Below, piece after piece: positions 1-9,569 of a DNA stretch of 63,486 bases; within the stretch, counting starts at the first letter, position 1, and each line of letters opens with the position of its first letter. The notes below the pieces were generated by a model. It had not been told where the DNA came from. It saw only the letters and a program-made list of their open reading frames with translations, and made no database searches. Both the position numbers and the translations under genes were made by a program. Where the stretch lies: positions 1 through 63,486 of the forward strand of contig JAFQWH010000051.1 in assembly GCA_017407515.1 (NCBI GenBank), written 5' to 3'. The stretch comes from Clostridia bacterium (GTDB lineage: Bacteria > Bacillota > Clostridia > UBA1381 > UBA9506).

Positions 1-217
1 TAAACACTCATTTCTAAAATTCTAATCACTTTAAAAAAATCTTTAGAACTGTCCTGAAAAACGGACACTCCTTAAGGTACAATACAAGTATAAACAAAAC
101 AGAAAAAAACTGTATACCTAAATTATAACACACCGTCAGGCAATGGGCAAATAAAAATATAATTTGGAATTATTTACATCTTTTTGGTTGTTTTGTGAAA
201 TTTTTTTACATTACCTA

Positions 218-246
218 TTGACATCGTACATTTGTTCTGTTAAAAT
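218..246 (+). promoter_or_regulatory. sigma-A type promoter, TTGACA-17 nt-TAAAAT
   Basis: TTGACA at 218-223, an exact 17-nt spacer, and TAAAAT at 241-246. It lies about 55 nt upstream of the LysM ORF start. Confidence 0.7.
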
Positions 247-253
247 GAATTTA

Positions 254-282
254 CGAACATTAGTTCTAAGAACGTTCGTTCT
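254..282 (+). promoter_or_regulatory. two tandem LexA (Cheo/SOS) boxes
   Basis: CGAACATTAGTTCT (254-267) and AGAACGTTCGTTCT (269-282). Both fit the Firmicute GAAC-N4-GTTC LexA operator and sit just downstream of the -10 element. Confidence 0.75.
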
Positions 283-300
283 GAAAAGGAGTTGTGAGTT

Positions 301-606
301 ATGTTATTTAGAAAAAGAAGAAGAATTTCATATAAAAAACGTGCAAAAGAACAGAGAATGAAGCTGTATATTATTCTGGCTGCTTTGGGTATCCTCTTTG
401 TGTTCTCCCTGGGAACTCTGGCTGATACCGGTGTTCACGAAGTAACCGTAATCGCTGACACCGGAGACACCCTTTGGACTCTTTGCGAGCCATACTGCCC
501 TGAAGGTATGGACCTTCGCCTGTTTATCGACAAGGTTATGTATGAAAACAACTTAAAAAGTTCCGGCCTCTCCATCGGTCAGGAAGTTGTTATCCCTTTA
601 GATTAA
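301..606 (+). CDS. small membrane-anchored LysM-domain protein, YneA-like SOS cell-division inhibitor candidate
   Basis: AAAGGAG RBS 8 nt before ATG 301. Basic N-terminus, one hydrophobic helix (LYIILAALGILFVFSLG), then a LysM motif (GDTLWTL...NLKSSGLSIGQEVVIP). About 100 aa like B. subtilis YneA, and preceded by LexA boxes. Confidence 0.8.
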   Translation: MLFRKRRRISYKKRAKEQRMKLYIILAALGILFVFSLGTLADTGVHEVTVIADTGDTLWTLCEPYCPEGMDLRLFIDKVMYENNLKSSGLSIGQEVVIPLD

Positions 607-681
607 AGAATATTCTAAAATCCCCGTGCATATAATGAAAACGTATGCATTGCCAATGTTTTGGCAGAAAAGGGGTATCCT

Positions 682-1179
682 ATGGGTAATACATTTAAAG
701 TCATTAACTTAAAAAATATTCTTCGTCTGGCAATTTTTATTGCAATCCCCCTTGCCGTTGGGGGATTGGCTGGCTTTTTAACGCAGAACAGCCGGGAGTT
801 TTACGCCGCTTTGCAAAAGCCGCCTCTCTCACCACCGGGGTATCTTTTCCCCATTATTTGGACGGTTTTGTATATCTTAATCGGCATCGCAAGCTACTTG
901 GTGTACCAAAAAGGTTTTACAAACCCTGCTGTCAGGGAAGCCCTAAAATATTACGCAATCTCTTTACTTTTAAGCTTTATCTGGCCCCTTGTTTTCTTTC
1001 GGTTTAAGCTTTTACTCCTTGCCTTTTTGGTTTTAGTTTTACTCTGGATTTTTACCGGCATCGCCACCGCAAAATTCTACCGTATTTCCCGTGCTGCCGG
1101 TTGGCTGATGGTTCCCTATTGGTTATGGATTACCTTTGCCGGATATTTGAATCTTGCCGTTTGGCTTTTAAACCGCTGA
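682..1179 (+). CDS. tspO: TspO/MBR family tryptophan-rich sensory protein
   Basis: Five-TM protein with TspO hallmarks (LQKPPLSPPGYLFPIIWTVLY, WPLVFF, VPYWLWITFA). AGGGG RBS precedes ATG 682. The ORF-track TTG at 661 is less likely to be the start. Confidence 0.85.
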   Translation: MGNTFKVINLKNILRLAIFIAIPLAVGGLAGFLTQNSREFYAALQKPPLSPPGYLFPIIWTVLYILIGIASYLVYQKGFTNPAVREALKYYAISLLLSFIWPLVFFRFKLLLLAFLVLVLLWIFTGIATAKFYRISRAAGWLMVPYWLWITFAGYLNLAVWLLNR

Positions 1180-1335
1180 ATGAGTCTTTTGAGAACAAGC
1201 AGGAAGCCGTTTCGCAACACCAAAGCGAACGGCTTCCTGCTTCCCCTTTTTGTGCAAAAAAAGATGGGAAAATGTGATAAAACAGTTTACAAAAAGGTTT
1301 TTTCCATTTATAATAGAATGAGGGGGTATGAAACC

Positions 1336-3078
1336 ATGCAAACAATCAAAAACTTTTTAACGCTACATAAGAAATCATCCATTATCGTACTATCTATTGT
1401 CACAGTGCTGGTACTGGTTTTAATTGTATCCTCTGTGTTTATCATAGCAGCACTCAATCGTAACGGTATTTACAACGGTGTCCGTGTGAATGATGTTGAC
1501 GTCAGCAATCTTTCAAAAGAGGAGGCAACCACCCTGCTCAGTCAGCAATACCGGGGGCCTATTGACCATATCGTTCGCCTAACCTGTAACACAGAAGAAA
1601 AAGAAGTTTCTCTAGCTGAGCTTTCCGCCCGTGTGGATATTGAAAAAACCGTGGAAAAGGCTTACAGTGTTGGCAGAACCGGAAATTTCTTTACCCGTTT
1701 ACTTGAAATTTACAAGCTTAAGAAAAACCCCGTGGTTCTCTCTCCGGTTATTACCTGTGATGAAGAACTGTTAAAAGCATATATCAACGAACTGACGGCA
1801 CCGTTTAACCTCCCCGGTCAGGCAACCGAGGTCTCTCTCGTTGAAAACGAACTGGTAATCACCCGCGGCGTAGCCGGTAGGGGTATTGATATTCCCAAAG
1901 CCGTTCAGCTTTTCAAGGAAAATGCTTATTCCATACAAAACGGTTCCTTTGTGCTGACACCTGAAGAAATTTCACCCGAAGAACCGAATGCCGATGCAAT
2001 TTATGCCCAGTTCTGCCGTGAACCCATAAATGCAGACTATAAAATTGAAAATCAACGCCTTACCATCTTGGAAGATCAGCCCGGCGTTTCCTTTGATATA
2101 GAAACTGTTAAAACAATTCTCAGTGAGTCTACCGATGCCGTAATTAAAATTCCCGTAACCCTGACTCCGGCACAGGTAACCACAGAACAGGTAGAGAGTC
2201 AGCTGTTTCCCGATTTATTGGGAACATATTCTTCCAAATATAACGCAGGTGATGTCTCCCGTTCCCACAACGTAAGTTTAGCAGCCCAGAAAATTAACGA
2301 GGTTGTGCTGGCACCCGGTGATGTTTTTTCATATAACGACATTGTAGGTCCCCGTACAGCAGCCCGTGGTTTTAAAACAGCTACCGTTTATGTCGGCAAC
2401 AAGAGCGTTCCCGGTATCGGCGGCGGCATCTGCCAGGTTTCTTCAACCTTGTTTAACGCTGTTGTTCTTGCCGATTTAGAAATTGTTTACAGAACCAATC
2501 ACTCTTTGCCGGTTTCCTATGTGCCCTTAGGACGGGATGCAACGGTGTCATACGGCAGCATTGATTTTAAATTTAAAAATAACACTGCAAACCCCGTTAA
2601 AATTGTTGCCTTCGCCAACGGCGGGCAGCATAGTGTTTCGGTTTACGGTGTCAAGGATAATAAAAATAAAACTATTGAGATATATACCACCCAAACCGGT
2701 TCCCGTGCTTTTAACGTTGTGCAGAACGAAGATCCCACGCTGCCGGTCGGCACCGTCAAGGTGGAACAAAACGGTTCATACGGAAGTTCTTTCAACACCT
2801 ATAAGGTTACTAAAGAAAACGGCCAGGTGATTAAAAACGAACTTTTAACAAAGAGTACCTACGTTCCTACCGACCGTATAGAAATCGTTGGCACTATGGT
2901 CGATCCTTCCGTACCAATTGAGGGTGACGCCCCCGCTTCCGGAGAACCTGTTTCCCCGGAAACACCTGATACACCGGGAATCCCAATTCTGCCGCCTAAC
3001 GCAGAGCCTGACGTGATTCCCACACCGGTTCCTTCTCCCGAACCCGTACCGGTAACAACAGAATCGCCTGCTGCCTAA
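1336..3078 (+). CDS. VanW-family protein with N-terminal TM anchor, G5 domain and Pro-rich tail
   Basis: VanW core (GDVFSYNDIVGPRTAARGF...GGGICQVSSTLFNA...NHS) and a G5-like segment (LPVGTVKVEQNGSYG...IVGT). AGGGGG RBS lies 9 nt before ATG 1336. The ORF-track start at 1180 abuts the tspO stop codon (1177-1179) and is probably too far upstream. Confidence 0.85.
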   Translation: MQTIKNFLTLHKKSSIIVLSIVTVLVLVLIVSSVFIIAALNRNGIYNGVRVNDVDVSNLSKEEATTLLSQQYRGPIDHIVRLTCNTEEKEVSLAELSARVDIEKTVEKAYSVGRTGNFFTRLLEIYKLKKNPVVLSPVITCDEELLKAYINELTAPFNLPGQATEVSLVENELVITRGVAGRGIDIPKAVQLFKENAYSIQNGSFVLTPEEISPEEPNADAIYAQFCREPINADYKIENQRLTILEDQPGVSFDIETVKTILSESTDAVIKIPVTLTPAQVTTEQVESQLFPDLLGTYSSKYNAGDVSRSHNVSLAAQKINEVVLAPGDVFSYNDIVGPRTAARGFKTATVYVGNKSVPGIGGGICQVSSTLFNAVVLADLEIVYRTNHSLPVSYVPLGRDATVSYGSIDFKFKNNTANPVKIVAFANGGQHSVSVYGVKDNKNKTIEIYTTQTGSRAFNVVQNEDPTLPVGTVKVEQNGSYGSSFNTYKVTKENGQVIKNELLTKSTYVPTDRIEIVGTMVDPSVPIEGDAPASGEPVSPETPDTPGIPILPPNAEPDVIPTPVPSPEPVPVTTESPAA

Positions 3079-3118
3079 GAAAACAAAAACTGTCTGACAG
3101 TTTTGAAAGGATAACGCC

Positions 3119-4468
3119 GTGAAAGTTAAAACAAAGTATGTTTGCTCTGCCTGCGGCTATGAAACCGCCAAATGGATGGGAAAATGCCCGGGTTGCGACG
3201 GTTGGAACACCTTAGAGGAAGAAACCGTCCGTTCCGATAAACCCCTTCGCACCGCTACCTCCTTGCGTGCAAAACCCACTAGCCTTTCCTCTGTTGATGT
3301 AACCGACTATCAGCGTCTGAGCTGCGGTATTGGGGAATTAGACCGGGTTTTAGGCGGCGGTATTGTTCGCGGCTCATTGGTTTTAGTGGGCGGTGACCCC
3401 GGTATCGGTAAGTCCACGCTACTGTTGCAGCTTGCTGCCCAGCTTGATAAGACTGCAACCTTGTTTTATGTTTCCGGCGAGGAATCGGAAAAACAGCTGA
3501 AAATGCGTTCCGACCGTTTAAATAACGAAACCCCGGGTTTTATGGTCCTGTCTGAGACGGATATAACCGCCATCAGCACAGCCCTTGACGAAATCTGCCC
3601 GGATATTTTAATTGTAGACTCTATTCAGACTATGTATCACCCCGAGATTTCCTCTGCTCCCGGCAGTGTCAGTCAAGTCCGTGAGGCAACCCTGACCCTG
3701 ATGCGATATGCCAAAGAAACCTCTACCGCTGTCTTCATTGTAGGCCACGTCACAAAAGACGGTGCGATTGCAGGGCCCAAGGTTTTAGAGCACATGGTAG
3801 ATTGCGTTTTATATTTTGAGGGCGAGCGTAACCACAGCTACCGGATTTTGCGTGCTGTGAAAAACCGTTTTGGCTCCACTAACGAAATCGGCGTTTTTGA
3901 AATGACCGATGCAGGGCTTATGGAGGTGGAAAACCCCTCTTTAATGCTCTTAGAGGGCAGACCTGACCAAACCCCCGGTTCTGCCGTTGTCTGCACCTTA
4001 GAAGGCACAAGGCCCATGCTGGCAGAAATCCAGGCGTTAGTTTCCCCCACCAGCTTCGGCGTGCCCCGGCGAATGGCAACGGGGATTGACTATAACCGCA
4101 TGAATTTAATGATTGCCGTTTTGGAAAAACGTGTTGGGCTGAACCTGCAAAATCAGGACGCTTACGTTAACATCGTCGGCGGTATCCGTTTGGACGAGCC
4201 TGCTGTTGATTTGGCGTTAGCCCTTTCCATTGCTTCCGCTTTCAGAAACCGCCCCATTGACAATTCTATCGTTGCCATCGGCGAAGTGGGGCTGACCGGA
4301 GAGCTTCGAGCCGTTAACCAGATTGAACGCCGGCTTTCGGAAGCTAAAAAACTTGGATTTAAAGCCTGCATTATCCCCCACGCCAACACAAAGAATTTGA
4401 AAGTGCCGCAGGGCATTAAAGTGCTCCCTGCTAAAACCCTGACCGATGCGTTAGGGTATATTATGTAA
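3119..4468 (+). CDS. radA: DNA repair protein RadA/Sms
   Basis: N-terminal CxxC...CxxC zinc finger, Walker A GDPGIGKST, KNRFG motif and a Lon-like C-terminal domain. GTG start. Confidence 0.95.
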   Translation: MKVKTKYVCSACGYETAKWMGKCPGCDGWNTLEEETVRSDKPLRTATSLRAKPTSLSSVDVTDYQRLSCGIGELDRVLGGGIVRGSLVLVGGDPGIGKSTLLLQLAAQLDKTATLFYVSGEESEKQLKMRSDRLNNETPGFMVLSETDITAISTALDEICPDILIVDSIQTMYHPEISSAPGSVSQVREATLTLMRYAKETSTAVFIVGHVTKDGAIAGPKVLEHMVDCVLYFEGERNHSYRILRAVKNRFGSTNEIGVFEMTDAGLMEVENPSLMLLEGRPDQTPGSAVVCTLEGTRPMLAEIQALVSPTSFGVPRRMATGIDYNRMNLMIAVLEKRVGLNLQNQDAYVNIVGGIRLDEPAVDLALALSIASAFRNRPIDNSIVAIGEVGLTGELRAVNQIERRLSEAKKLGFKACIIPHANTKNLKVPQGIKVLPAKTLTDALGYIM

Positions 4469-4492
4469 ACCACCAAAGACAGGAGTGTAACC

Positions 4493-4894
4493 ATGACAAG
4501 AAAAGAAGCCCGCGAAGCCGGATTTATTATTATTTTTGAGCATGAATTTCAAAAGCTTTCTGCCGATGCCCTTTTAGAGCTATACTATGAGTACAAAGGC
4601 GATGCAGAGGGACAAAAAGATTATTTGGAGAACCTTGTCCGCACAACCTTAGAGCATTTGCCGGAAATTGATGCACAGATTGAACAAAACACCCGAGGCT
4701 GGACGCTATCCCGTCTATCCAAGGTAAGCCTTGCTACGCTGAGAGTGGGCATTTGCGAACTGCTTTACAATCCGGAAATTCCTGCCGGCATCGCCATTAA
4801 CGAAGCGGTGCAGCTGGCAAAGGACTACGAAGACGAAAAAGCATCTTCCTTTGTAAACGGCGTTTTATCTTCTGTCAATAAATCAAATCAGTAA
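4493..4894 (+). CDS. nusB: transcription antitermination factor NusB
   Basis: Length and sequence are typical of NusB (RKEAREAGF...WTLSRLSKV...INEAVQLAK..FVNGVL). Confidence 0.9.
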   Translation: MTRKEAREAGFIIIFEHEFQKLSADALLELYYEYKGDAEGQKDYLENLVRTTLEHLPEIDAQIEQNTRGWTLSRLSKVSLATLRVGICELLYNPEIPAGIAINEAVQLAKDYEDEKASSFVNGVLSSVNKSNQ

Positions 4895-4899
4895 TTACG

Positions 4900-4929
4900 A
4901 AACGCCCCGTTTTGGGGCGTCTTTCTTTT
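4900..4929 (+). terminator. rho-independent terminator or attenuating hairpin after nusB
   Basis: Stem ACGCCCC/GGGGCGT with a 4-nt loop, followed by CTTTCTTTT. It overlaps the ORF-track start of xseA at 4912, which argues for the ATG at 4942. Confidence 0.6.
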
Positions 4930-4941
4930 AAAGGAGAGTCT

Positions 4942-6150
4942 ATGGAACAAGAAGTTTTAACCGTCAGTGTCTCCCAATTAAATCATTATATCCGTCGCGT
5001 AATTGAACATAACGGCTATTTAAAGGATATTTACGTAAAAGGTGAAATCTCTAACTGCAAGCCGCACCCCTCCGGCCATATCTACCTAACTTTAAAGGAC
5101 GAGGAGTCTGTACTACGGGGGGTTATGTTCCGCTCTGCCGCTATGGGGCTTCGTTTTAACCCGGAGGACGGTATTAAGGTCTTAGCCCGGGGCAGAATTT
5201 CTGTTTATGAGCCCGGCGGTGTCTATCAGTTGTATATTGAAAGCTTAGAGCCTGACGGTGAGGGTGCTCTCTTTGCCGCCTATGAAAAACTAAAGCAAAA
5301 ATTAGAGGCAGAGGGCTTGTTTGACTCTGCGTTTAAAAAGCCGCTTCCTCCCTTTCCCAAAACTGTTTGCGTTGTGACTGCGTCTTCCGGTGCCGCCATT
5401 CGGGATATTTTAAACGTTCTGGGCCGCCGCTATCCCTTAGCAGCCGTCCGCGTCCTGCCCGTGGCTGTACAGGGTGAGGGTGCCGCAAAGCAAATTGCCG
5501 AGGCTATCCGCCTGATCAATACGCACCACCTGGGTGACGTCATTATCACAGGTCGCGGTGGCGGATCTATTGAGGACTTATGGGCTTTTAACGAAGAAAT
5601 TGTTGCCCGGGAAATTTTTGCATCTGACATTCCCGTTATCTCTGCCGTTGGTCACGAAACGGACTTTACCATCGCAGATTTTGTAGCTGACCTTCGAGCC
5701 CCAACCCCCTCTGCGGCGGCAGAGCTTGCCGTTCCGTCGGCACTTGAACTTTTAGGGCAGTTAAAATCGCAAAACAACGAGCTGTTTGCTGAGATGCGGC
5801 ACTGCCTGCTCCGGCAACAAAAAGCCTTAGATGCCCTCAAAAAGCACCACGCCTTAATCGGTGTACCTGACATGATTGCCGAAAAACGCATTACGGTGGA
5901 CCAACTGCAGAAAAACAGTACCTATGCTTTTTCTAAGCGTTATGACAGCCTCCGGCATCAGCTTTCTGTCTATGCCGGCAAGCTGGACGCTTTAAGCCCC
6001 CTTTCCGCACTGGCCCGTGGCTATACCTATGCCACCCTGCCGGACGGAACGCCTATGCGTGAAATTAAACAATGCTCACCGGGCACTGCGTTCCGTCTCC
6101 GCCTGTCTGACGGTGAGGCTGATTGCAGCGTGACTAAAATTTGTGAATAA
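4942..6150 (+). CDS. xseA: exodeoxyribonuclease VII large subunit
   Basis: OB-fold N-terminus (SVSQLNHYIRRVIE...VKGEISN) and catalytic core (GRGGGSIEDLWAFNEE...SAVGHETD). AAGGAG RBS precedes ATG 4942. Confidence 0.92.
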   Translation: MEQEVLTVSVSQLNHYIRRVIEHNGYLKDIYVKGEISNCKPHPSGHIYLTLKDEESVLRGVMFRSAAMGLRFNPEDGIKVLARGRISVYEPGGVYQLYIESLEPDGEGALFAAYEKLKQKLEAEGLFDSAFKKPLPPFPKTVCVVTASSGAAIRDILNVLGRRYPLAAVRVLPVAVQGEGAAKQIAEAIRLINTHHLGDVIITGRGGGSIEDLWAFNEEIVAREIFASDIPVISAVGHETDFTIADFVADLRAPTPSAAAELAVPSALELLGQLKSQNNELFAEMRHCLLRQQKALDALKKHHALIGVPDMIAEKRITVDQLQKNSTYAFSKRYDSLRHQLSVYAGKLDALSPLSALARGYTYATLPDGTPMREIKQCSPGTAFRLRLSDGEADCSVTKICE

Positions 6151-6243
6151 AATTTGAAATATCTGACAGTTTCCCCGTTTCTGTTGAAACGGAAGCTGTC
6201 ATATGGTACAATAAACATAACCCAAAAAGAAAAGAGGTAAGCC

Positions 6244-6963
6244 ATGCAGCACCTGTTAAGCCATATGCGGCGTGCCATTGAAGATTACAATATGATACAA
6301 GACGGCGACCGGATTGCCGTTGGTCTCTCCGGTGGGAAAGACTCCCTGGCTGTTTTAATGGCGGCACATGCCCTGCGGCGATTTTACCCCAAAACCTTTT
6401 ATTTAGAGGCTATTACGCTGGATATGGGCATGGAGGGCATGGATTTTTCCCCTCTTGTCTCCCTTTGTGAGTCCTTAGAAATTCCGTATACCATTGAAAA
6501 AACTCAGATTAAAGAAATTGTGTTTGACATCAGGAAAGAAAAAAGCCCCTGTTCTCTCTGTGCGAATCTGCGTCGGGGTGCTCTAAACTCCGCGGCAAAA
6601 AATCGGGGCCTTAACAAGGTGATGCTGGGGCATCATTTTGATGACGTGATTGAAACCTTTTTCTTAAGCCTTCTCTACGAGGGGCGGGTGAACTGCTTCC
6701 TGCCGGTGACTCATTTGGACCGCATGGACATAACCCTGCTCCGGCCTTTTGTTTATGTTGAGGAACGGGATATTCGAAAATTCGTGAAAACTAATAGTCT
6801 GCCCATTGTGCACAATCCCTGCCCCGCAGACGGAAACACGAAGCGGGAATACATTAAGTCTCTCTTGTCTCAATTAGATTATGAAAACAGAGGCGTAAAA
6901 CAACGCTTGTTCACCGCTATGAAAAACAGCGTTGCAGGCTGGCAAATTGATAATTATAGTTAG
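6244..6963 (+). CDS. PP-loop ATPase, TtcA-like tRNA 2-thiolation protein
   Basis: SGGKDS PP-loop and a CSLC cysteine pair. Size is about 240 aa. Confidence 0.85.
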   Translation: MQHLLSHMRRAIEDYNMIQDGDRIAVGLSGGKDSLAVLMAAHALRRFYPKTFYLEAITLDMGMEGMDFSPLVSLCESLEIPYTIEKTQIKEIVFDIRKEKSPCSLCANLRRGALNSAAKNRGLNKVMLGHHFDDVIETFFLSLLYEGRVNCFLPVTHLDRMDITLLRPFVYVEERDIRKFVKTNSLPIVHNPCPADGNTKREYIKSLLSQLDYENRGVKQRLFTAMKNSVAGWQIDNYS

Positions 6964-6980
6964 ATAAAAAGGAGAATCCT

Positions 6981-9302
6981 ATGAAAAAATTTCTGTCCTT
7001 TCTTTTAGTCCTGGTTTTATTAACGGCGTCGCTCCCTGTTCTTGCAACGGAGCTTTCTTCTGAAACAGAAGAAATTCTCATAGAGGGCGTTACATATAAA
7101 AACATCAAGCGTTTAGAGGAAAACGGCTGGCAGGATATTCACGTTGTAACAGCCGATTTAAACGAACCACACCTGCAGTTTGATGTGTTAAGCCACGAAA
7201 GCGGCAAAAGCTATCTGGAAAACACCTACGCTTCCGCTGTCAACAGTGATGCCGTTGTCGCGGTCAACGCAGACTTTTTCCAGGCCACCTCTGAATCTGG
7301 CCGTGGCAACGCTATTGGTTTGGAAATTAAAGACGGTAAGCTTCGCACGTCTCCTGCAGCTTACGAGCAGATGAACGTTCTTTACCAGACGAAAAAAGAC
7401 GTCTCCCTGCTCTTTGATATGTTTACGTACAGCTTTACCATCACGGCCCCGGACGAAACCCAGGCTCAGATTAGTGTTATCAATAAATACGACAGCATGA
7501 CCGGCATTGTTATGTATACCACCGATTGGGGCACGCTGACCCCCGGTTCTGCCGGTAATGTTTTAGAAATGGTGGTTGAAGACGGAAAAGTAACTGCCAA
7601 AAACCGAGAGGTTGGTCCTGTGGAAATCCCTGAAAACGGCTATGTTTTAGCCTGCGATCTGAGCATGCACACTTTCTTAGATGATTGCTTTCAGGTTGGC
7701 GACAAGGTTATATTAGACATTGAAACCACCCCCGGCTTTGAAGACATTCAAACTGCCGTAGGCGGCGGCGGTATACTCCTGGAAAACGGAAAAATTCCCG
7801 AGACCTATTCCCACACAGTCAACGGTGCTCACCCCCGTACAGCTGTTGGTGTTGATAAAACCGGAAAAATTCTGACCTTGGTGGTTGTAGACGGTCGCCG
7901 GACAGATGCCGCCGGTATGACCATGCCCCAGCTTAGCAAGCTGATGTTAGAGCTTGGCTGTTATAATGCTATGAACTTAGACGGCGGCGGGTCATCCTTA
8001 ATGGCTATCAAAAAAGACGGCACACACCAGATTGCTAATACCCTATCCGGTGGTTATAAACGTCCCGTTACCAACTCCATTGGTATTTTAGCAAATCTCA
8101 GCAGCAGTCGAAAGCTTTCCTCTGTTACTGTAAAAAGTGATGACGATGCGGTTTTCGTTGGTACTTCCACCAGCTTGCAACTCTTAGCCTATGACCAGTA
8201 TAAACTGCCGATGCAAAACTCAGATGCACAAAATATTAAATGGACTGTCGTCTCGGGAAAAGGCTTCGTCCAAGACGGGCTCTTTTATCCCTCCGCTCCC
8301 GGCACAGCCGTAATCCGAGGCACCTACCGCGGTTTTTCCGATGAAATAACCCTGACGGTTTTAGATACGCCTCACCGTTTAACCTTTGCTTCCGGTGACC
8401 AAAATCTTGAAAAAGGCGATACCCGCACCCTTTGGCTGTCAGCTTTTGATGCAAATGGCAACGCCGCTCTGGTTTACCCTAAGGATATTACCGTTACCGC
8501 TGCTAACCCTTCCATCGCATCCATTCAGGATAACACGTTAAAAGCTGTTGCAAACGGCTCCACGGTTATCTCTGCTACCTTTGGCGAAACAAAAGCCTAC
8601 ATGGTGGCAACCGTAGGCGGTGGTGCGGCAGCAACCGCCCCAAAGGACGTGGCTCTTTCCGACCCGCAGCAGAAAAGCTCTGAAATTACGTCTGCCAACG
8701 GGTTTACCTTCACGGTTTTCGGTAACACAAGAACGCCGGTAAAATTCTTTGACCTGTTCATTATGAACGGCGTTAAAAAAGCGGTGCAAAGCGAAAACGA
8801 TATGAATTTCTTCGTGGGTAACAGCGTTGACGCCTCCCTCTTAGAGGACCTGGGTGACAGCCTCATTCTCTCTGACGGCTACGCAAGCTTTAAAAAGAAC
8901 GGAAGTACCTTTGTAACCTTAAAAAACGCCTATGGAACGACCCTTTTCAGCTCCGATAAAACACAATGGAAAAAGCTTCGGGCAGAAGTTGAAAAGCTCT
9001 CCGGCGGCAATTTCTTCGTCTTTTTAAACGACCATAATCTGTCTTATTCCGATACCGAGATTGTATTTTTCAAACAGCTTATGAAAGAGGCGGCTAAAAA
9101 AGCAGATAATGTCTATGTCTTTGCCGGCGGCTTTGTAAACGAAACCGTTATTGAAGACGGCGTTCGCTATATTACCACAGCCGGCGTATTCCCCAGCATC
9201 GGTGCAAAACCTCCGGCAACCAACATCTCTTATGTGAAATACTATCTGGTAACCGTCAACGGCAGCAGCGTTACTTACGAAACAAAAGGCATTGTGAAAT
9301 AA
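6981..9302 (+). CDS. secreted phosphodiester glycosidase (DUF2233/NAGPA-like) family protein with Ig-like repeats
   Basis: Signal peptide. Core motifs NADFF, HPRTAVGVDKTGKILTLVVVDGR and AMNLDGGGSS. These are followed by two Big_2-like beta repeats and an uncharacterised C-terminal domain. Confidence 0.75.
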   Translation: MKKFLSFLLVLVLLTASLPVLATELSSETEEILIEGVTYKNIKRLEENGWQDIHVVTADLNEPHLQFDVLSHESGKSYLENTYASAVNSDAVVAVNADFFQATSESGRGNAIGLEIKDGKLRTSPAAYEQMNVLYQTKKDVSLLFDMFTYSFTITAPDETQAQISVINKYDSMTGIVMYTTDWGTLTPGSAGNVLEMVVEDGKVTAKNREVGPVEIPENGYVLACDLSMHTFLDDCFQVGDKVILDIETTPGFEDIQTAVGGGGILLENGKIPETYSHTVNGAHPRTAVGVDKTGKILTLVVVDGRRTDAAGMTMPQLSKLMLELGCYNAMNLDGGGSSLMAIKKDGTHQIANTLSGGYKRPVTNSIGILANLSSSRKLSSVTVKSDDDAVFVGTSTSLQLLAYDQYKLPMQNSDAQNIKWTVVSGKGFVQDGLFYPSAPGTAVIRGTYRGFSDEITLTVLDTPHRLTFASGDQNLEKGDTRTLWLSAFDANGNAALVYPKDITVTAANPSIASIQDNTLKAVANGSTVISATFGETKAYMVATVGGGAAATAPKDVALSDPQQKSSEITSANGFTFTVFGNTRTPVKFFDLFIMNGVKKAVQSENDMNFFVGNSVDASLLEDLGDSLILSDGYASFKKNGSTFVTLKNAYGTTLFSSDKTQWKKLRAEVEKLSGGNFFVFLNDHNLSYSDTEIVFFKQLMKEAAKKADNVYVFAGGFVNETVIEDGVRYITTAGVFPSIGAKPPATNISYVKYYLVTVNGSSVTYETKGIVK

Positions 9303-9310
9303 TAAAAACA

Positions 9311-9345
9311 AAAAGGGTGGTCACGAAAGTGACACCCTTTTTTTA
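9311..9345 (+). terminator. rho-independent terminator
   Basis: GGGTGGTCAC-GAAA-GTGACACCC stem followed by a T7 run. Confidence 0.85.
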
Positions 9346-9347
9346 TT

Positions 9348-9566
9348 GAGGCTGTTCAAATTTAGATGCAGAACAAACAAACTGAATCCCGAAGGCGTAC
9401 ACAGGTACACCAAGAGGTGAAGTTTGTCCGTAACTTTGAGGTATAAAAAGAATGGAATTCGCAATAAGCGAATTCCACCTTAAAAAGACACTTTACTTTA
9501 TTATTTTACTGTGTTTTAATACTATTTTCCCGCCTCAAAGTGTTCTGCACTAAATTTGACAGCCTC
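9348..9566. mobile_element. MITE-like element: imperfect 25-27 bp terminal inverted repeats flanked by TTTTTATT
   Basis: Left arm GAGGCTGTTCAAATTTAGATGCAGAAC (9348-9374). Right arm GTTCTGCACTAAATTTGACAGCCTC (9542-9566). The arms are complementary except for 2 single-nt indels. TTTTTATT occurs immediately outside both arms. No ORF lies inside. Confidence 0.35.
9453..9486 (-). terminator. rho-independent terminator for the SLH-glucosaminidase gene
   Basis: On the minus strand, a GGAATTCGC-TTATT-GCGAATTCC stem is followed by ATTCTTTTTA. Confidence 0.7.
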
Positions 9567-9569
9567 TTT

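Noticed and set aside
1-70. Possible divergent gene (lexA?) leaving the left edge on the minus strand
   Set aside because: An open minus-strand frame exists (…ILEMSV…), with an AAGGAG nearby. However, the spacing to any start codon is poor, the visible residues do not resemble a LexA N-terminus, and too little sequence is present.
164-361. 65-aa ORF upstream of the LysM gene
   Set aside because: It covers the promoter and LexA boxes, has no RBS and is hydrophobic low-complexity. The frame starting at 301 has an AAAGGAG RBS.
6151-6243. Missing xseB after xseA
   Set aside because: There is no ORF of about 70 aa between xseA and the PP-loop gene. xseB is probably encoded elsewhere. This is noted as a synteny difference, not an anomaly.
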